Assembly (NCBI GenBank): GCA_965153285.1
Contig: OZ229119.1
Strand: one strand, 5' to 3'
From: Podarcis tiliguerta
Lineage: Eukaryota
DNA: 64,000 nt
The stretch's first letter is position 1. Each line of letters opens with the position of its first letter. A program made the translations under genes and the position numbers. Of this stretch, positions 60,229-64,000 are shown piece after piece. The notes under the pieces were generated by a model that saw only the letters and a list, made by a program, of their open reading frames with translations, had not been told where the DNA came from and did not search any database.

Positions 60229-62358
60229 AGTGAAAGCATTGACTCCCATATATTTTATTAAAACAAGCTATGACCTAAAGGAGTCTATACAATGCACTCT
60301 GGACTGGAATTGGTTTTCCTACAACTGCTACACAGGCCACGAGGAATCATCAGGCTATTGAAGCTACACTTCTGTAGCAGCTGCTGTTACTGTAGGAAAA
60401 GTAGACTGGAAAGAGGCAGTATTGATTTGACATCGCTTTGGTAATGGAATACAGTTCTGCCTGAAGTTTCTTCACCTGCTGCTTACAAGGTTGTATGCTT
60501 GATCTCAATTCATTCTCTACCATCTAGTAATTTATTGAAGGAAATGGGAAACTAAGCTGTTAACCTGTCACTGAGTACAGCTGTGTTCACAATCAAAGCA
60601 ATGGACTTAAACATTATATATCTCCTAACTTATTATTATGTTGTAGGATGTGGAAAACACTTTTGAGGTGGTTTTCTCTCTGCACCATCAAAAGGTGTTG
60701 AGGCAGTTAGGACATAAATGCTAGAATGACTTCATAAGATCAAAACCTTTTTCTTTCTTTCTTTTAGAAAGAACAACAAAAACCAGCCTTTGAAAGAATC
60801 TGTGTTGTTTCTCTTAGAACTAAAATGTGATTGTTCTAATAGCACTAAACTATTGGTGTCTAAAGTTTAAAAATTGGCAGAATACTTGATTTGGCCCATA
60901 TCTTTAGCTATTCTTATTAGCTATGGTTTTACCTGAGCATATTGAACAAACAGCATTCTTTACATTCATTCCATTTACTTCTGTGTTTCATGTTGTATGT
61001 TTTGCTTTTTAAACCTGAAGAAGGTGGCAGCCTGCAGATTCACTTTAGTCATCAATAAATGCAAGTTTCTTTCCTTGACCATGCAAGTTGCACAATCCGG
61101 AACTGGATTTCTGAGCTTTCAGAAACCTCATCTTTACACAGAAAGAGTAAACGAACTGTGGTAAAAGTTGTACTTCTGTATAACTAAATGCAACTCTTCT
61201 CAGGATGTGAAATTTCTCTTGTGCTAATGAAAACCTTTCAGGTAGTATGATGGTAAAATAGGCTCTAATATACTTTTGATTTATCTAGTTTGTTTGCAAA
61301 CAGATGTGTTTTCTGTACTCTTATATTTGTTGTTTTACAGCAGTTTTATATTGGTCAGAGATGCTAACACTTTCAATCTGGCGTATAATACTTAAGAAAA
61401 TCTGTAGGATGTTATTGTTATGACCCACAAACTACTTTTAAGACTGTATCCATTCAGAGTTGTCAATATTTTCAAGTTGGTAGTTACAAATTTAACTTGT
61501 CAATGGGATCATGATCTTGTAAGGTAAAATAGGGGTCATTGCCTTACAAGGCAGATCACAAGAATATTTCAAAAGTTGGACAGCAAAACACTGGATGCCT
61601 TGAACTTCACTCGTTCACACAGTAATCAGACATTTGACTTTGTGAACATTCATTGTAGAAAGATTTTTATAGTGTAGGTAGGATTACACTGGGCACAGTA
61701 AAGTGAATATAACACCTCAAAGCAGCATGTAAATTGCACTAATGTTACAGAACCATTGTGAAAAGTTTGTGCTTTATGAGAACATGGAAAAGGTATAAAA
61801 AGAGGAGACAGCAAAGGGAGGCAAAAAGTGGTACCTTAGATAAAAACATTTATTTTATAGTAGAATGCATCAACAAAAGTCCACTTTAGAAAATATCTGT
61901 GCTGTTTTTGTTATAATGAGATAGTTCTAACACTACAACATAATTGATGTCTAAAGTTTGTGGGAAGATGGCAAAGATATAAAAAGGGGGGTTTAAAAGT
62001 TGGAACTTGGAATAAGGCAAGAAGAAATTGATGGAACTGGAAAAAGAGCTGGCAGAGAAAAGCTCTCTCTGATGATGAACTAATTCTAGCCATTGTCAGA
62101 AGAGTGAGAACACAGGAAAGTGTGAGCAAGTTGTAAAGGAAAGGGGTGTGGAGAGAGAGAGAGGATAAGTGGGCTGAGATTTAACACTTTGAATGATTTT
62201 CTTTTTTCTTTTTTTTACGTAAGAGGGAACATACATTTTAATATTCTTTGCCTCAGGGCTCTTCCTTTGAGATCTATAGGGCTATTTGCATTGAAAGTGC
62301 ATATACCGGTAATTTCTTTTCCAGATGAGAGCTTGCTTTATTAAATTATACCCATTTG

Positions 62359-62516
62359 AATAAATCTGACTTAAAAATGAAATCCGTTTTTTGTTTTTAT
62401 TGTTTAGCCATTACAACAACTTTAGAAAAATAATTAAAACCAAACTGAAGACAAATTGCTTTGAGAACACTCAGACATTATTATATGACAGCATCAGTTA
62501 CTTTTATACTAATAAA
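62359..62516 (+). terminator. Candidate TMEM19 polyadenylation signals (AATAAA at 62359 and 62511; another at 61054)
   Basis: AATAAA hexamers followed by U/GU-rich sequence in the 3' flank. Confidence 0.4.
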
Positions 62517-64000
62517 TGTTTCTGCCTTAGCTAGCACCAGGTGTTTTTTTTAAAGGCAGCTCTTCATTATCCTGAAATTATTATTGGAAAGCAAAGCAAA
62601 TCTATCTTCTGAAGGATGGATAATTGTGATTCACATTTTAAAGTCTGTAAAATATTTTTCTCTTGCACTCTGCATCTGTGTACAGTCAAAATAAGTAGTG
62701 GAAAATATCTAGACAAAAATCCGTCCAGGTTTGTACATGTCATGTATAGTGAGCTTTAAGCTGTTCTGTCACGTGCATTTTAAATTCAGTATTATAACAT
62801 TTTCTGTATGCATGTCTTCATGGAAAGAATACCACGACGTTACACTGGAATGCTTCTCAGTCTGGGTAAAGACATGTGGAGGACACAACAGTTCTGTTAG
62901 TTTGCTGCAGAAGATGGCTGCCCCCAGTACTGATTGGCAAGTAGCTTGTGAGGCCACCAAGAAGCCAGTAAGTTAAAGAATTGATAAATAAATAAATTTT
63001 CTAAAATAAACAGGCAGCCTTTCAGAAGCCAGGCAGGGGGAACATGCTTCGCAAATGAATCAGATTTTGACTCTTAATATACACACCTGTCATTTGAAAA
63101 AGTGCTGAGTTGGGAAGAAGCTGGGATCATCTTGCACTGAAGGTTTTCTTCACCCTTGTGTTCATTTTGTGAACATGTTCTTTGTAATACCGTAACTTAC
63201 ATGTAACATTAGGTTAAATCCAGGCTTCATTGTCCACTAGTGGAAGCACTCTTGCCTGTGGGAGAATTTTGGTCCCACCAATGGAAGAGACACTTGCTGG
63301 TGTCATGTTCCACACTATTCTGGAGGAACTGTCTGGACCAAAGTTTTGGCAGGTGGTGGGGGCCTTGGGAGCAAGGGGAATCTGCAGAAGTCACTTCCCC
63401 TTGCCACTTCTCATGTGAACTCACATGAACTCTCATGTGAATGCTAAATAGTGGTGAAATGTTTCCAGCATGCCGTTTAAGAGAGGTCACTGTATGAGGT
63501 CAGCTTATGATACGGATTTGGGTTTTTTGTGCTTTTATAGGCCTATACCCTATGTGGCATCCATTGAGTTTTGAAAACCTGCTTCAATATAACCATATAT
63601 ATGATGAATGAGAGAATGTGGTTCAGGGGTATGCATGCTGACCAATTGATCTTTTACCCTATGTTAAAGACTCCCTGCCCAAGAGAAACTAGGGTGTTGT
63701 TGGCTTGTGGATGGATAATAGCTTTTGAAATCCTTTAAACTTGCACTTTAGACACATTGCCTATGGAGATCACACTTTCCCCCTCAGTAACGTTCTCTTG
63801 TTAAACTGGCTTTACAGGTTTTTGTTGCACTTCATCAAATATCAGGAGGGCAAGTTGAAAATGCCTTCCAGCAGCAGGAATAGGGTTGCTGCAATAGACA
63901 CAAGCATTTTCTTGCACCCATTGTGGGAACCAGTTAGCATCCACAATGCAGAGTTGCTTCTCTTGTCTCCTCCCGTTCCCAGTATTATTTTGGAAGACTG

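Noticed and set aside
62700-64000. RAB21, expected downstream of TMEM19 by synteny
   Set aside because: No CpG island or Rab GTPase motif before the window ends; it probably lies outside the window.

Overview
Vertebrate genomic DNA, most likely a lacertid lizard: it carries two Sauria SINEs and many squamate-type hAT, mariner and Harbinger MITEs. The minus strand holds a complete ZFC3H1 gene (scaffold of the PAXT nuclear-exosome adaptor), reconstructed by hand as 35 phase-consistent coding exons (ATG 34936 to TGA 1690; 5982 nt, 1993 aa). The plus strand holds a complete TMEM19 gene (6 coding exons, 54930-60228, 336 aa) with a probable upstream first exon in a CpG island near 52.4 kb. The ~17 kb between the two promoters is repeat-rich, and I could not find the THAP2 gene that lies there in human. 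Main observations: (1) ZFC3H1 intron 1 has a U12-type minor-spliceosome signature. (2) The ZFC3H1 3'UTR has a GTAAGT donor and matching acceptor 239 nt after the stop, suggesting a nuclear-retention/NMD feedback cassette in the mRNA of the factor that retains 5'SS-bearing RNAs. (3) A two-donor switch in TMEM19 exon 1 turns one strong-Kozak ATG into either an in-frame N-terminal extension or a uORF. (4) A family of palindromic hAT MITEs carries the same ZNF143-type motif as the ZFC3H1 promoter. Coordinates were read manually and repeat boundaries are approximate. Repeat family names come from recall, not a database search.
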